64,000 nt of DNA from Lama guanicoe (Eukaryota), in NCBI GenBank assembly GCA_013239625.1, contig MU054831.1, positions 869,457 to 933,456 of the forward strand. Reading direction: 5' to 3'. The position numbers were made by a program, and so were the translations under genes. Below, one piece after another: positions 23,101-34,924 of the stretch (position 1 is the stretch's first letter; every line of letters begins with the position of its first letter). The notes beneath the pieces are model-generated. The model searched no databases and had not been told where the DNA came from. It was given only the letters and a program-made list of their open reading frames with translations.

Positions 23101-26100
23101 CTGTGGGACGAAAGGCTTGCTAGGGACTTCCTTTGAAGGGGACACGCTGTAGGCCACGCGCCCACAGGGACAGGCTGTCAGCCCCCGGCAGGAAGTACAA
23201 AATTAAAAGCCAAGCGCCTGGGTGAGCGGACAGGCTGTGTCGTCCTGCGCCAGCCACCCTCCTGTCCCCTGGGGAGAGCAGGACAGGTGTCTCCACGGTG
23301 ATCCTCAGACAGCTCCACGAGGCCAGAACATTACCACCAGGTTTTGTAGGGAGGGGACTGAGGGAGGCTGGGAGGTGAAGTGACCGCCCGGGCGGGTCCT
23401 CAGCAGCCCTCCTGACACCTCTGCTCACTGAAGAGCCCCTCCCACCCCAAAGCCTACAGCTGGGTGCCCCCTGCCAGCTGTGCCAATGGCTGCTTCTGCT
23501 CCCCTTCCTTTGGCCAGACCCACAGTGGGCAAGGCGGGGAGCAAGTCCCATGGACTCAGGTTGGAGCTGGGTCTGTAGGAGGACAGCTCGGGGGAGGATG
23601 TGGGGCTCCTGGCACCGTCCCTGTCCCCACCCCACACTGGGCGGGGGCCAGGCCTGGGGCGGTTACCTTCCAGACGTGCAGGCCCACGGCCTGGTAGTCC
23701 TTGCTGGGGAAGCTCGTGGGGTCCCCCACCGGTGCCCGGGCCCGGGCCACCCCATCCGCCCCACGTCTCTGCAGGAGGGCGACGTACACCTCGCTCGGCT
23801 CTGAGACCCGCAGCCAGAACTTGGGGTTGCTGGGGAAGCCACTGTTGTTCCGGCAGCCTCCTGCCGACTGGCCCTTGACCCAGGCCCCAGGCAGCGCCTG
23901 AGTGTGGCACAGCGCCTTTCCTGGGCAGGAGCACACGTGTCAGCTGCGGGGACAGCCGTCTCGCCCTCACCCCACTACAGCACCAGGAAGCCAGCACCAC
24001 CAAGAGCCCCGCACCCGGCTACCTCTCCACCCGGACGGGAGGGAAAAGAACCATCTCTCCGCCCTGAAAGGAAGCCAGTGGGGCCAGAGCCGTGCCCCGG
24101 CACCCCCACAGGGGGACAGGGCGCGGGCCCTGCCCTCCGACTGTAGCAGGCAGAGCCCATCGGGGCCGCTGCGCCCCCACGAGGGCCCTCCCTCACCTGA
24201 GTAGAGGCTCTGCAGGTGGCCGGCCTCTGTGACTGGGTAGCCGATGGTGACCTCGTCAAACTCCCGCAGGAACTCCTCCTCCTCCACCCAGAACTCCCCT
24301 TCCTGGAGCTGGGACAGCAACTCGGACCTGTCAGCTGCGTCCACCTGGCTCCACCCTTCGCCCCTGGAAGGAACCTCTCTTCAGCGGGGCTTCTCGCCCC
24401 AGAGCTGCCGGCAGCTGGCGCCGAGGAGCGGGGCAGTGGGGACCACAGGGGCCCTGCGGCAGGACTGCCAGCCGCCTCGGGCCCCCTCCCCTCTCTCAGG
24501 GCCCTCACCAGGCCGGGTAGGTGCGAGGGGCACGCTGGCCTCGTCGCTCCAGGTGGAGCTGCCGCACCCCAGGTAAAGCCCCGGCTGGGGAGGGAGCAGC
24601 CCGGTCCTGCCCCCAGCCCCAGGCCCCGGGGGGGAGCCGTCCCAGGCCAGGACTCAAAGCTGAGCTGGGACACTGCTGCAGGCCTGTCACCTGCAGCCCG
24701 GCAGGGCAGCCACCGTTCTGTGGGTGCCCTCAAGACAGGCTCAGGCCCCAGCACGGCCTGAGTCCCAGTGCCCGGCACTAGGCCAGCCTTGTGAGCGTGG
24801 GGGCCCAGGAACAGGTGCCCAGTGGGCCGCGCGGAGACCAACCAAATGCTGTTCTGACTGTGGACCAAGCCACAGGCAGCAGGCACACACACGGTCAGTA
24901 CGGCTCCTGGCTGCCCTGGGCCCCACGCCCCTTCCCAACAGCAGCACGGTGACCCACGGCGCCCACACTCACCCCTCTCTCCAGGGCCCCTGCCAACACC
25001 GCCGACCCCAAGGGTTCTGGATCCGCAGCAGCAGGATGCTCTGGCCAGCCCGACCCCGCAGCTCTCGCAGATCAGAGACAATGAAAGCGTGGAATGACCC
25101 CAGCGCCCCGGAACCTGGGTGGGAACGGCTCGTCATGGCCCGGAAGGCCCCACGGTGAGCAGACACACAGCTCTGTCTCCTTGCCCGGGCCGCTCCAGCC
25201 CACCCAGCCATGGCCGCACAGACCCCTGGATCTCCAAGGGCCACCAGGGGCTCCTCTCTTGACCAGTTGTGGACAGGCCCGCGTGGGAGCGGCCTTACCA
25301 AGTGTACAGCCACAGCCAGGGGCCTGGGTCTGGACTTTGGCTTGGTTGCCACCAGTCCCGGCAACTATTCCTTCTGTGGGCCTCGGTCCTCGCCTGGTGG
25401 ATGGGGGTGGTTCTCACACAGGCTGCTATCATCACTGTCACTGGTGGGCCAATGACGCCAGAGAGAAGAGAAACCTCCTCTCGGGGAGGCCCGCTAGGGA
25501 GACCAGGGACATCAGGGATTGACCCGAAACCAGCGGGAGGCCCAGGGGCCCAGAAGTGTAAAAGGGCTCCACCTGGCCAGAGACCTTGGGACAAACGGGC
25601 ATAGAAGTGGAGACACCAAGCAGAGGACGCTGCCCCACCTGGAAGCTGGGGTGGTGGTCCAGACAGAAGACAAGAAACTCCTGGAATGTCTTCAAAGGTT
25701 TACTCAGGAAGGCACTGCAGCCACCACTCTGGGTGTCCCACCCATGTCCCCAGCCCCTTGCCTCTTCGAGTGGCTCCAGCTGACCTCCATCTCTGCCTAG
25801 GGGTTCCCCCAGAGCCTGAAGTGCCAAGAATTAGCCCTACCCCAGCCTGGACAGCTGATGCCAAACAGGCCAGCCCCCACCTGTGTCAGAGCCTCAGCCC
25901 CTCACCCCCAGGGTGCTCCCCAACGCCATCCTGAGCTCTGCCTGCGGGGAACCCAGACCAGGGCTGTGCCAGCCCGCACACACCAGGCAGTGTGACGGTC
26001 AGCATGTGGCAGTTTACCTTCAGGTTCATGTTCTTTGGCCAAAAGCCTGATCATGAAAATAATCTTAAACAGGAAAACAGTTCTGCCCAAAGACGTTCAC

Positions 26101-29100
26101 CGCAGTGTTACTTCCAACAGCATAAAGCTGGGAAGACCCTAAAACCCCGGCACCGAGGAGGGAGCGAGGAAAACCAGGCAGACACGCAGGAAACGTGGTG
26201 CCGGCCACGTCTACACAGCAGTGGAGGAAGGGGGTAAACACAGAACATCAAGCACACGAGTGCTCATGAGAAGCACTGAGAAAGGGCGCTCAAGCCCGAA
26301 GCAGTCGAGTCTGGGTGACTTCTCTCCTCAGCACACGCTGCTCGATGAGCACACGTGTTACTAAGCGGACTCGAGCGCTCCCTCTGCCAGGTCACCAGCC
26401 GGGCCGGAGATGTCCCGCGACCTGCCTCCCAGGGACCCCGAGATGGGCTCCTGCCTCGCCCCAGTGGGAAGTCCTGGCCAAGGGAAAAGGGACACTTCCT
26501 TCTGGAGAAGGGCAGTCAGGGAGAGACGGTCACACCCCCAGACGCCAGCTCCGAAGGACAGGGTCCTATTCTCTACTGAGTCCCGAAAGGACCACCGTAA
26601 CACACGCCCGTGTGCTGGCGGGAGGCGGCGAGGGGTGGGGGTGTGCAGGCCCACCGCCACCGGCCTCCCGCCTCACCTGTTCTGGGGCTGAGCACCGAGC
26701 AGCTTAGCAGACAGCGGTCCTTCAGGCCAAGCAGCTGCCGGCAGGTCCGGCACTCCGTGGCCCCGGGCCTGTCCTGATGGCCACTAGTTCTCGCCAAGTC
26801 CTTCAGGTTCCACCTTTCTGCCAGGCCACCCGTTAGGTCCACCAGGGCATCCGCCACCTGCCCTGCCCACAGGTGCTCATAGGAGCCATGGACCCTAGGG
26901 AGACAGCCAGGAGCGGGTGAGGCGAAGGCCCTGGGCCCCCAGACCCTCTTCTGTCCCCCGCGGTCCATCTTCTGACCTACTTCAATCGCTTCTCCTTCCT
27001 CCCCCTTCACGCCCACCTTGTCCTCACCAAGTCCAGACACAATCTCGCCCCCAGTGGGTGATGCACAGGGTCCCGTACACCCCGCTGCCTCCGCCCACTC
27101 CTCTGGCTCCCACAACCAAGCCCACGGCCCGGATAGCAGTGTGGGACGGTGGGCTCACTCACACGGATGCTGCCAGCAGGCCCCTCACTTTTTCAGTTTC
27201 TCTGCCCGAAGGCCTGCCTAGCAGTCCAGCCTCTTTCAGCAGGACGGTAAGTGCGTCCTGAGAGAAGTTCTTCAGTTCAGACTCAGGTGAGGGCCCTGGT
27301 CTCACTTGGGGCCACGACAAACAAGCACTGACACCTCAGTGGCCTCATTCCTCCCCAGCAACTGGCAGAGAGGCCGCCTGTCCTCAGCGGTGACAAACAA
27401 ATGGTGGAGACATTTTTCTTGCTCAGGTTTAAGGAAAGAGAAAGGAGAAAACACACACCCTCTCTCTGGACTTCACGCCCGACTCTGAACGAGGGCAGGG
27501 AGAGGAGTGGGCAGCGGGGAGGGCAAACCACAGGCCAAGTCTCAGAGTTTTGCTGCTGGACTGCTTGGCCCCACCCCAGCACTGGCCGCCAGACCCTTGG
27601 TGCTGACCAGGGTGCGGCAGCCCAGGGGGAGCGGACGTGCCTCCCGGGGTCCCGAGCCCACCCCGCCCGGCCCTCCAGGCCCCTGGCGCTCGTACTTGGC
27701 GTAGACCTTCTCCAGTAAGGGAAGCCAGAACACATCCTCTCTCTGGCACCGGGAGAAGCAGAGTCTCCCTGCAAGACAAGGCAGACGGTCATCTATGGTC
27801 ACCTCCACCCAGTGTCCAAACTGCCAAACTCGACAGGTGAAGGAGCCACGGTACGTCCGCTCGAGCCAGCTCGGCTGTCCCGGAGGGAAGACCTGCCACG
27901 TGCGGGGGGAGGCAAAAGGAGGCCGTGAGAGACGGGCATCAAGTGTGCTTTCAAGCACCCAGACCAGAGTGGGACCGTGCTGCTGTGCAAAGGACTCCAC
28001 CCTACCCCACGCCCAGCTGCCAGTGCTCATGGAAAACCCAGTCGCTGGACAGAAGACCAACAGACCTTTCAATTAAACATGCTAAGACCACACTGAGCGA
28101 GCCAAGTGTCTCCTAAAGCTGAAAGTCAACCAGTACGTCCCACTGTCCCAAACAAGCACCTGACCTGAATCTAAGCAAACTTGACTTTGCAGGCCTGAGT
28201 GACCCCATTCTTGACTGAGTGGCTGAGGTGGCAGGTCCCCAGGGGCACAGCACCCACCCCCTTCCCTGCTGGAGCCCGGGCCTCAGGAACTCTGCCAGCG
28301 CCCGGCCCACCGCCGTTCACTGCTGGGTCTGCGATCCTGGCCCCGTGTGGAGAGGCAGGAGGGCTCTGCGCCCAGGCAGCCTCATTTGGTCCTGGCTCTG
28401 CCCCTTAGCAAGACGATGACACTGGTTTCAGCGCCCTAATTTGTGAGAAAGGGCCAAGGCCGGCAAGGCGTGCAAGAATGACAGCCAGCACCACAGTGTG
28501 CTTATTAGCACGGGACCCGGTCACCAGTGTCAACGAAGCTGAGCTCATCAGTGACTCTCAGCACCAGCCAAGCGTGACGACCCTGAGGAGGGTGTCTGAG
28601 AGGCCGTCTCTACCTGCCCTACTGCCTAGCATCAGGAACTGTTCTCATCACCGTCTGCCAACCGATACAGACCCTGTAAAAACCCCGACAAGCCAGACAC
28701 TTACTCCCCACCAGGAGCACAGGATCCCTCAGCTGCCCCTTCCCCTCCCTGGGCTGGCACGCTTGTCTTTATTCCAGTTGCACGGCTGACTACATGGGAA
28801 CGCAGGGCCGAGCAGGGCAGAAAGCACCCTGGCTGGACGCCTGCAGGAGGGGGTTGTCTCTGCATCTGAGCCCGGAGCGCCCACGGTCTGACAGCCCGGC
28901 TCTCACTGTCCACTAACCACACTGGGCAGTCGCGGCAGAGCCCCGCAGAGCAAGAGGTTAGCTGTCCCCACTTCCCTCCTGCGCATGCAGACAGGGAGAA
29001 AGAGCAGGGAGGAACCCACGAGGCTGCAGGCACCTGGTCCAGGAGGTGCTGGCTTTTCTGCAGGGCGGCGCAGGCGCACAGGAACCAGCAGTCCCCCAGC

Positions 29101-31630
29101 AGCCCTTGCTTCACCTGTCCTTCCTGCGGGTTATCTGCAAACAGCCGGGGTGTGGCACAGATTTCCTGAAAGAAAGAAAGGTGTCCAGAATTACACCATG
29201 CCTGATGGCTAGTCTTTAAAACAAAGAACACAGGATCTATGTGATGGCAGCTGAGGAGGAGCTTTTCTGGTCATCCACATTGTCCAAGTGGATGGGGGAA
29301 GGCGGCAAAACAGCTGGCTTCTTGCAGGAATTATCCATCTGCCCCTCCTGCTTCAGAGCCCCGTGTCCAGCTTAGATTCTGGGGTCCCTGTCTGCGTCCA
29401 CATTCCTCAATTGGCTAACCCCCCAACTCTGGATGAATCTTCCCCTCCCCTCCAGACACCTTGTTCATGACGGCAAGTCTCAGGTGGGCTCCCTGAACTA
29501 ATTCTCTCAAAGGCTCAATATTCACATGCCAGGCTAGTGTACACCTTCTCCTTCCTCCTTTTCTCAAAACACCCACGTCCCTTGAAGCAGGTGACCTCAT
29601 GACCCGATGCTTCCTCAGGAGCTACCTGACCTGACCCCCTCTCCTGCCCTATGTGCCTGAATTCTTCCCACAACTCCCTTCTTCTCCCACCTCTACACAG
29701 AATCCCACCTGCATAGAGCACAAGAGAGAATGTCTCGTCTTCTCTGAGACCATCCGTGGGCACGGTTCCCCTCTTGGCCCTTCACTGACAAACTTCTCAA
29801 AGCAGCTGCTATCCCTGCTTCCTCCCTTCCAGTCACTTGGTCACTTGCAAGGCCAGCCCGCTGAGCCAGTCATGCCCCTCAAGCTGCTTCTTTTCAATGT
29901 CGTCTCTGTGTCCTCATCTTTCCCAACGCTTGCAGCACTGGAGCAGTGGCTGCCCCTCCCCCAGCGGTCCCCTCCTGGCTTCCATGATTCCATGCACTTT
30001 TGGCTCCTTCCACCTAACTGCCTGCTGCTACTCAAGTCTACCTGTTAAGGTACCTGGGGCCCCCCAAAGCTCATTTCCAAGCCCTCTCTTCTCTGTCCAT
30101 GCTTTCTCCTCAAATACTCTTCCAGACCCTGGACAGTTAGCCATCTGTTACTGAGCCAATGCCCAGCATCTGGCCCAGATCTTCCTGAGCTCCCAACTCT
30201 CACATCCACTTGCCTACTGTCAGCTCTGCTTGAACATGCGAGACCAAAACCCAGGCCTAGATTTCCACCCTACCCTTCCTCCACCCCCAGTTCTCCCCAG
30301 CATGTCACACAGGACCACTGTTCACGCGGGGGCCCAGGCTGGGAACCCGGAAGTCGTCCCTGATCTCTCCTTCATCCTCACCTTCTGCTTCCAGTCGGTC
30401 ACTGAGACCAATCAACCCTCTCTTCAAAGCACTTCTCAAATCCACCTGCTCCAAAGCACCATCCTAATGGCCGTCACGCTAATCTAAGCCCCTTCGTCTT
30501 TTGCCAAGATCACTGCAATAGCCATCTGTATTCTTTCCCAACAATCCATTTCACCTGGCAGTGAGAGGGCGCTTCCTAAAACAAATCCAGCGGGGAGGGT
30601 AGAGCTCAGCGGTGGAGCGCATGCTGAGCACGCACTAAGTCCTGCGTTCCGCCTCCAGTAGCTCCACCAAAAAAGTTAAAAACACAAATCTAGTTGAACC
30701 ACTCTTCCACTAAAAACAGTCTAATGGCCTCCTAATGCACCTAACACCCTTTTTTTAACCCAAATTCCACTGGCATGGCCGATCAGGTTCTTTGGCCCTG
30801 GCCACCTCCATGACAAACAGTGTTGCCCAAGGAAAGTAACTGTTGCCAGAGCCAAACGAGTCTGGCTTTGTTCCAGAGCTGGTGCCACGTAGATGTCTCC
30901 GCTAAGGCTGTATATACACTCAGAGTGCAGGGCTGCCCCTTGGGCAGTCTTACTCAGCCAATACACCACTTCTAAAGATTATCAACATAGCACTAGCCAG
31001 GAGCATCCCTCTAAACTGCCACCTTAAAACGTTCACATCTGAAAGAGCAAGTGCACAAAGTCCAAAACAGGAATTTGGGAGCAAAACGGCTTTGCTTTGT
31101 AGGCTCGGTCTGGCCCCTCCGGAAGAGCAGGAGAGTAGCGCACTCAAGCAGCAGAACAAGACCGCTTGTGGCAGAAGAGCCACGCAGACCAGGAGCCCAT
31201 CAGAGCGGAGGCAGGCGGGGCTCAACCTGCGCCTGAGAAAACACTTCGAACCGCTTACTGAATAGAGCGCTGGCAGGTGGGGCCGTGAGCTCGGGTCCAG
31301 CACACCCCGAGCGCGCTGGAGAGGGAGCCGGGACGCAGTCCTGAGGGCGGCGGCGGTGGCCGCGGCAGCAGCAGACCCTGCCGACCGCTGTGTGCCCAGC
31401 CCGGCCGACCCCAGCCACCGCTCCCGCCCGGCCTCCGCGCTCGCACCCCGGCAGGAGGCAGCCCCGACAGGCCCGGCGCGAGACCCGCGCGCCCCTCGCC
31501 CCACCTGGGGCCGCCTCCACGTGATTTCCTCCCGGAACTGGGCCAGCGGCGTGGAGAAGCTGGAGAAGAGCGAGGAGTCCGAGGCCGGGAACGCGGCGTC
31601 CCGGAAGAGCTCCCTGGCTGGCTCCCGCAT
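20140..31630 (-). CDS. CAPN10: Calpain-10, complete spliced CDS, 12 coding exons, 1971 nt / 656 aa
   Basis: complement(join(20140..20169,20382..20427,20641..20840,22236..22491,22624..22826,23667..23920,24197..24363,24973..25114,26677..26894,27696..27892,29034..29165,31505..31630)). All phases are consistent. Catalytic [10 protein letters not shown] (Cys), FHAF (His), IQNPWG (Asn), plus two C2-like domain III regions. Confidence 0.96.
20382..20427 (-). CDS. CAPN10: CAPN10 exon 11 ([15 protein letters not shown])
   Basis: AG/GT boundaries, 46 nt. Confidence 0.92.
20641..20840 (-). CDS. CAPN10: CAPN10 exon 10 (VPADGG...ETRIDR)
   Basis: AG/GT boundaries, 200 nt. Confidence 0.93.
22236..22491 (-). 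CDS. CAPN10: CAPN10 exon 9 (SAIKP...GFHVFQ), non-canonical GC donor
   Basis: AG acceptor; calpain similarity ends at CAG|GCAGGC; 256 nt keeps phase with exon 10. Confidence 0.85.
22624..22826 (-). CDS. CAPN10: CAPN10 exon 8 (VEKRRV...GRVSL)
   Basis: AG/GT boundaries, 203 nt. Confidence 0.95.
23667..23920 (-). CDS. CAPN10: CAPN10 exon 7 (KALCHT...AGGCRNN...GLHVWK)
   Basis: AG/GT boundaries, 254 nt. Confidence 0.93.
24197..24363 (-). CDS. CAPN10: CAPN10 exon 6 (GEGWSQ...[10 protein letters not shown]...SLYS)
   Basis: AG/GT boundaries, 167 nt. Confidence 0.95.
24973..25114 (-). CDS. CAPN10: CAPN10 exon 5 (catalytic His and Asn)
   Basis: AG/GT boundaries, 142 nt, FHAFIV...IQNPWG. Confidence 0.95.
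26677..26894 (-). CDS. CAPN10: CAPN10 exon 4 (VHGSYEHL...SPRT)
   Basis: AG/GT boundaries, 218 nt. Confidence 0.95.
27696..27892 (-). CDS. CAPN10: CAPN10 exon 3 (VFPPGQ...LLEKVYAK)
   Basis: AG/GT boundaries, 197 nt. Confidence 0.95.
29034..29165 (-). CDS. CAPN10: CAPN10 exon 2 (EICATP...catalytic Cys...LLDQ)
   Basis: AG/GT boundaries, 132 nt. Confidence 0.95.
29430..30800 (+). mobile_element. LINE-2 3' fragment in CAPN10 intron 1 (approximate bounds)
   Basis: C/T-rich sequence with L2-like motifs (gatcactgcaatagcc, caatccatttcacctggcagtgagag...ctaaaacaaatc). Confidence 0.7.
30592..30682 (+). mobile_element. tRNA-derived SINE (camelid Vic-1-like), diverged, inserted in L2
   Basis: ggggagggtagagctcagcggtggagcgcatgctgagca... 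with A-tail; imperfect target-site duplication caaatccag/caaatctag. Confidence 0.8.
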
Positions 31631-32450
31631 CTTGGGCGCCCCGGGCTCCCATCTGCGGGCCGCGCCCCGGCGCCGAGCGCAGCCGAGGGGGCGCGCGGCC
31701 CCGAAGGGAGAGCGAGCCGGCCGCGGTCCCACCTGCCCCGCGGGACCCACGATCCCACCAGCCGGGGTGTCCGCCCGCTCCGTCGCCCCGGTAACCGCCG
31801 TCCTCGGCGGCAGCCAATCAGGCGCGGGGCTCCTGGTCACATGACGGAGCGGCCCAATCGCATTCAAGCGTTGGGAAGCGAGTCCAAGCCGGAGTCCCAG
31901 CCCAGGGGGTGTGGTTCCCGGCTGGGTTCTCGCGAGGCCGCGCCGTCACCCCGGCTGCACTTCTTGCGGAGCCGGGGGCTCCGAACTGTCCCAGCCGAGA
32001 TTCACACCTGGGAGGTTGGAGGGCGTCTTCTCCTCGGGCCCGTGCGGCTCGCGTCGGGGCGTCGGGGCCGCCTGCACTGGGGCTGAAGGGACCGGAGAGG
32101 CCGCCTGGGCCGAGGTCGGGCCGCGAACTACGGGTCCCCGCGTGCAGCGCCGCCTCCCAGAACGGGCTTCTTCCGGCGCGGGGCGGCTGTCCGGCCGCCT
32201 GCTGTCCGGGCCGCCGGTGGCCGGCGCTTGGCACGGCGGGCTCCGAGCCGCCCGGGCCGCTGTGGCGTCTGCTACTGGTGGGGTTGTGTGCTGGGGTCCT
32301 GGGGAATGTTAGCGCCCCGGGGACGGCCTTCCCAGGCCGTCTGGGACCAGACGCTGGATCCTGAGCGGGGCAGGCGATGAGGCTGGAGCGCCCCCCTGGT
32401 CCCCGGATGGCCGGGCCTCTGGTCCTGGTGGGCCAGACAGTGACACGCTG
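31250..32450. promoter_or_regulatory. CpG island / CAPN10 promoter with CCAAT (31814, 31854), GTCACATGAC E-box (31836-31845) and TCTCGCGAG (31928-31936)
   Basis: Very high CpG density around exon 1; motifs read directly from the sequence. Confidence 0.85.
31505..31630 (-). CDS. CAPN10: CAPN10 coding exon 1 ([11 protein letters not shown]...WRRPQ)
   Basis: aagATG start, 126 nt, donor CAG|GTGGGG. Confidence 0.93.
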
Positions 32451-32988
32451 GACTTGCGGTTGTAGTTCATGGCCGCTCAGTGCTGCGGATTGGTGAGGAC
32501 AGTGATTCGGGATCTGCCCCAGGATTCACCTTTGCTGCAGGTGGGGAACCTGCCCGTCCCCACCCCCGTTCCCCGGAAGGAAGGACGGACGGCAGCCAGT
32601 CAGAGCCTTTTTCACCGACTGCCCTTCCAAGCCTGCCTCACTGTGGCCGGAGCCTCCACAAAGGGTCGCACGGTGGAGAAGGGTCCTCAACCCTTCTAGG
32701 AAGCTCTCTGCCACCTACTAGAGCGTCACCGATTTTGCATCCGCCAGCCGCTTTTAGCTGGCCTTCCAGTTATGAAGGGCCACCAGATCAAAGCCCTTCT
32801 GCAGTCAAATCCAAAAAGTCCTACTGCTGATGAGAAACACCCTGATTTAAGAGACTGTGCCCTGACCTTGCTCTGGAGTCCAGCGTTGCTGTAACAGCTG
32901 CAGTCTCTTCCTCTGAAAGGCTGGGCAGGGCCTGCAGGGGGAGCAGGTGCTGGTGCTGACATGAGGTTGCGCTGTCTTGACCCCACCC

Positions 32989-33012
32989 GGCCCCGGCCCC
33001 GGCCCCGGCCCC
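32989..33012 (-). repeat. (GGGGCC)4 hexamer microsatellite
   Basis: ggccccggccccggccccggcccc on + strand. Confidence 0.9.
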
Positions 33013-34924
33013 CTGGTTTGAGGGCCTAGGGTACTCATCTCTCCTGAGGTTCTAGAAGAGGGACTGGCTGCATCTTCTGCCATCGCTGTTTGGGGTGCTT
33101 AGTTCAGGACCATTCAGCACCCACATGGCGCTAACTCTCCCAGAAGATGGTTTTGATTCCTTGGCAGGCTGGAGACTGCAGTGTAGCTGAAAAGAATCAG
33201 AAAGGGCCTGGTCTCTGCTTCATGTGGAAGTCCTGAAGGAGTAAGAGAAATTCCTTCCCTGTCCTGGGGTGTTGGGCAACTGGTCTGCCCCAGGTAACCC
33301 ATAGGGGTGGTGAGCAGCAGAGCTGGGGCCAGCCCAAGATCTGGACTTAGAGTGGGGACTTATGCCGGGCTGCTTGCCCAGGCTTGCAAGCTCTGGAGAG
33401 CAGGCAGCTTCCTATGGACATATCAGTGTCCAGGGCTGGGCCCATGCCCAGAGAAGGGGCCAGGAGACAGTGGGTGCTGGGTAGGCGGCAGCCCAAATCT
33501 GCAGGAATGGGTCTGTGACCAGCACTGAGATAGCACTAAGGCAGCTCTCCTGTGGCCTGCCTGGGACAGCTCCTCCCGGGCCACCTTACCCTCACTTGCC
33601 CTGTGGTCCCACCCCCCACCCTGGGTACAGAGAAGCTCCCCTGGCCAATGAGTAGTGCATTCCCCTCTCCCTCTGGGGCCCACCCCTGAGCCCTGTGCAG
33701 AGTGGGGCCTCTGGTGCGTGGGTGTCAGGAGGAGTTGGAAGCAGCCTGGGGTGTTGAGACGAGGAAGTACTCTGGAAGCAGCTAGTTCACGACCACAGCT
33801 TCCACAACTGCGGACCCTGGGATGGGCGGTTAAAGTCTGGCCTCACAGCCCTCACTGTAAGGCAGGCACACAGTGCTGTTTGAAGGTTGCAGGAGGATGA
33901 GGTTGAATGTCCCCCCAGCCCTCAGGCAGGATCAGTCTCCCCACTGACCACACTGCCAGCTGGACTGTGTACCACATGCATCTGACCTCTTCCTTTCCCA
34001 AGCCCATGGGTGGAATTCACAGTGCCCCAAGCCCCCAGGTTGTCACCTCTGGAGTCTGCTCTCTATGGCTTTGCTCACACGTGCTCTGCCTAGGTGACTG
34101 CTGTGGTCTTTAAGAGATGTTCCCTAACTTCCCAGACAGGAGGGGTCTCTCTCTCTCTCTCCTGAACCCCCACATCTCTCCCCAGTTTGTTCATTGGGCA
34201 ATAACTGGGTTCTGCATTCTTACGAGGATAGATTAGAAATTAGTGTTCTGCCCGCAAATCAGCCAGAGTTCGGGGAGTCGGGGCGGGGGGAGCTGGGATG
34301 CCCCAAGTGAAGGGACAGGCAGCAGTAGTTTGTGGGGAAGAAGGGGAGGTGTGCTGGCCAGAGGGCACAGCCCTGGCTTGGCTGATAGCCACGTTCCATG
34401 GGGCCCCACTGCACAGCTGCTCCTGCCTCACCAGGAACCCTGGCTCTGATTCTGCACATCTGCTGGCAGCTGGGGCTTCTGGACCTCTCCCCAGCTCCAG
34501 AGCCAGAAGTTTTAGAAAGGGGCGTGTGCCCCAGCTACGGGCAGTGGGGTGCAAGGAGCAGTCTTCTGGGGACTGCTGGGCAAGTTCTCCAGTCCACAGA
34601 AGGCCCAAGGATGGAGTGTTCTTCCGCAGGCAGAGTTTGGATAATGGCGTGTGAGGATGTGGCACCAGAAACAGCTGCAGCCGGCTTGTGACCACAGGGG
34701 GACAAGCCGCAGGACAAAAGCCAGTGTGCCTAGAAGCCAGAGCAGAAAGAGAAATAACCTGGATCTCTGGTGATGTCCCTGAGTCCCTGGGCTGGCCCGT
34801 CCTAGGGTCACTTCTGGTCACAGGAGACTGCAGGTGCAGTTTTACCTTTTGAGTAATTTTGAGCTGGATCTTTTGTTTCAGCTGCACAAGCACTGAGTGG
34901 AGACCTTGCGCTGATTGTCTATTA

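Noticed and set aside
23921-24196. Ortholog of the human CAPN10 intron-6 32-bp tandem-repeat polymorphism
   Set aside because: No tandem repeat is visible in this 276-bp intron.
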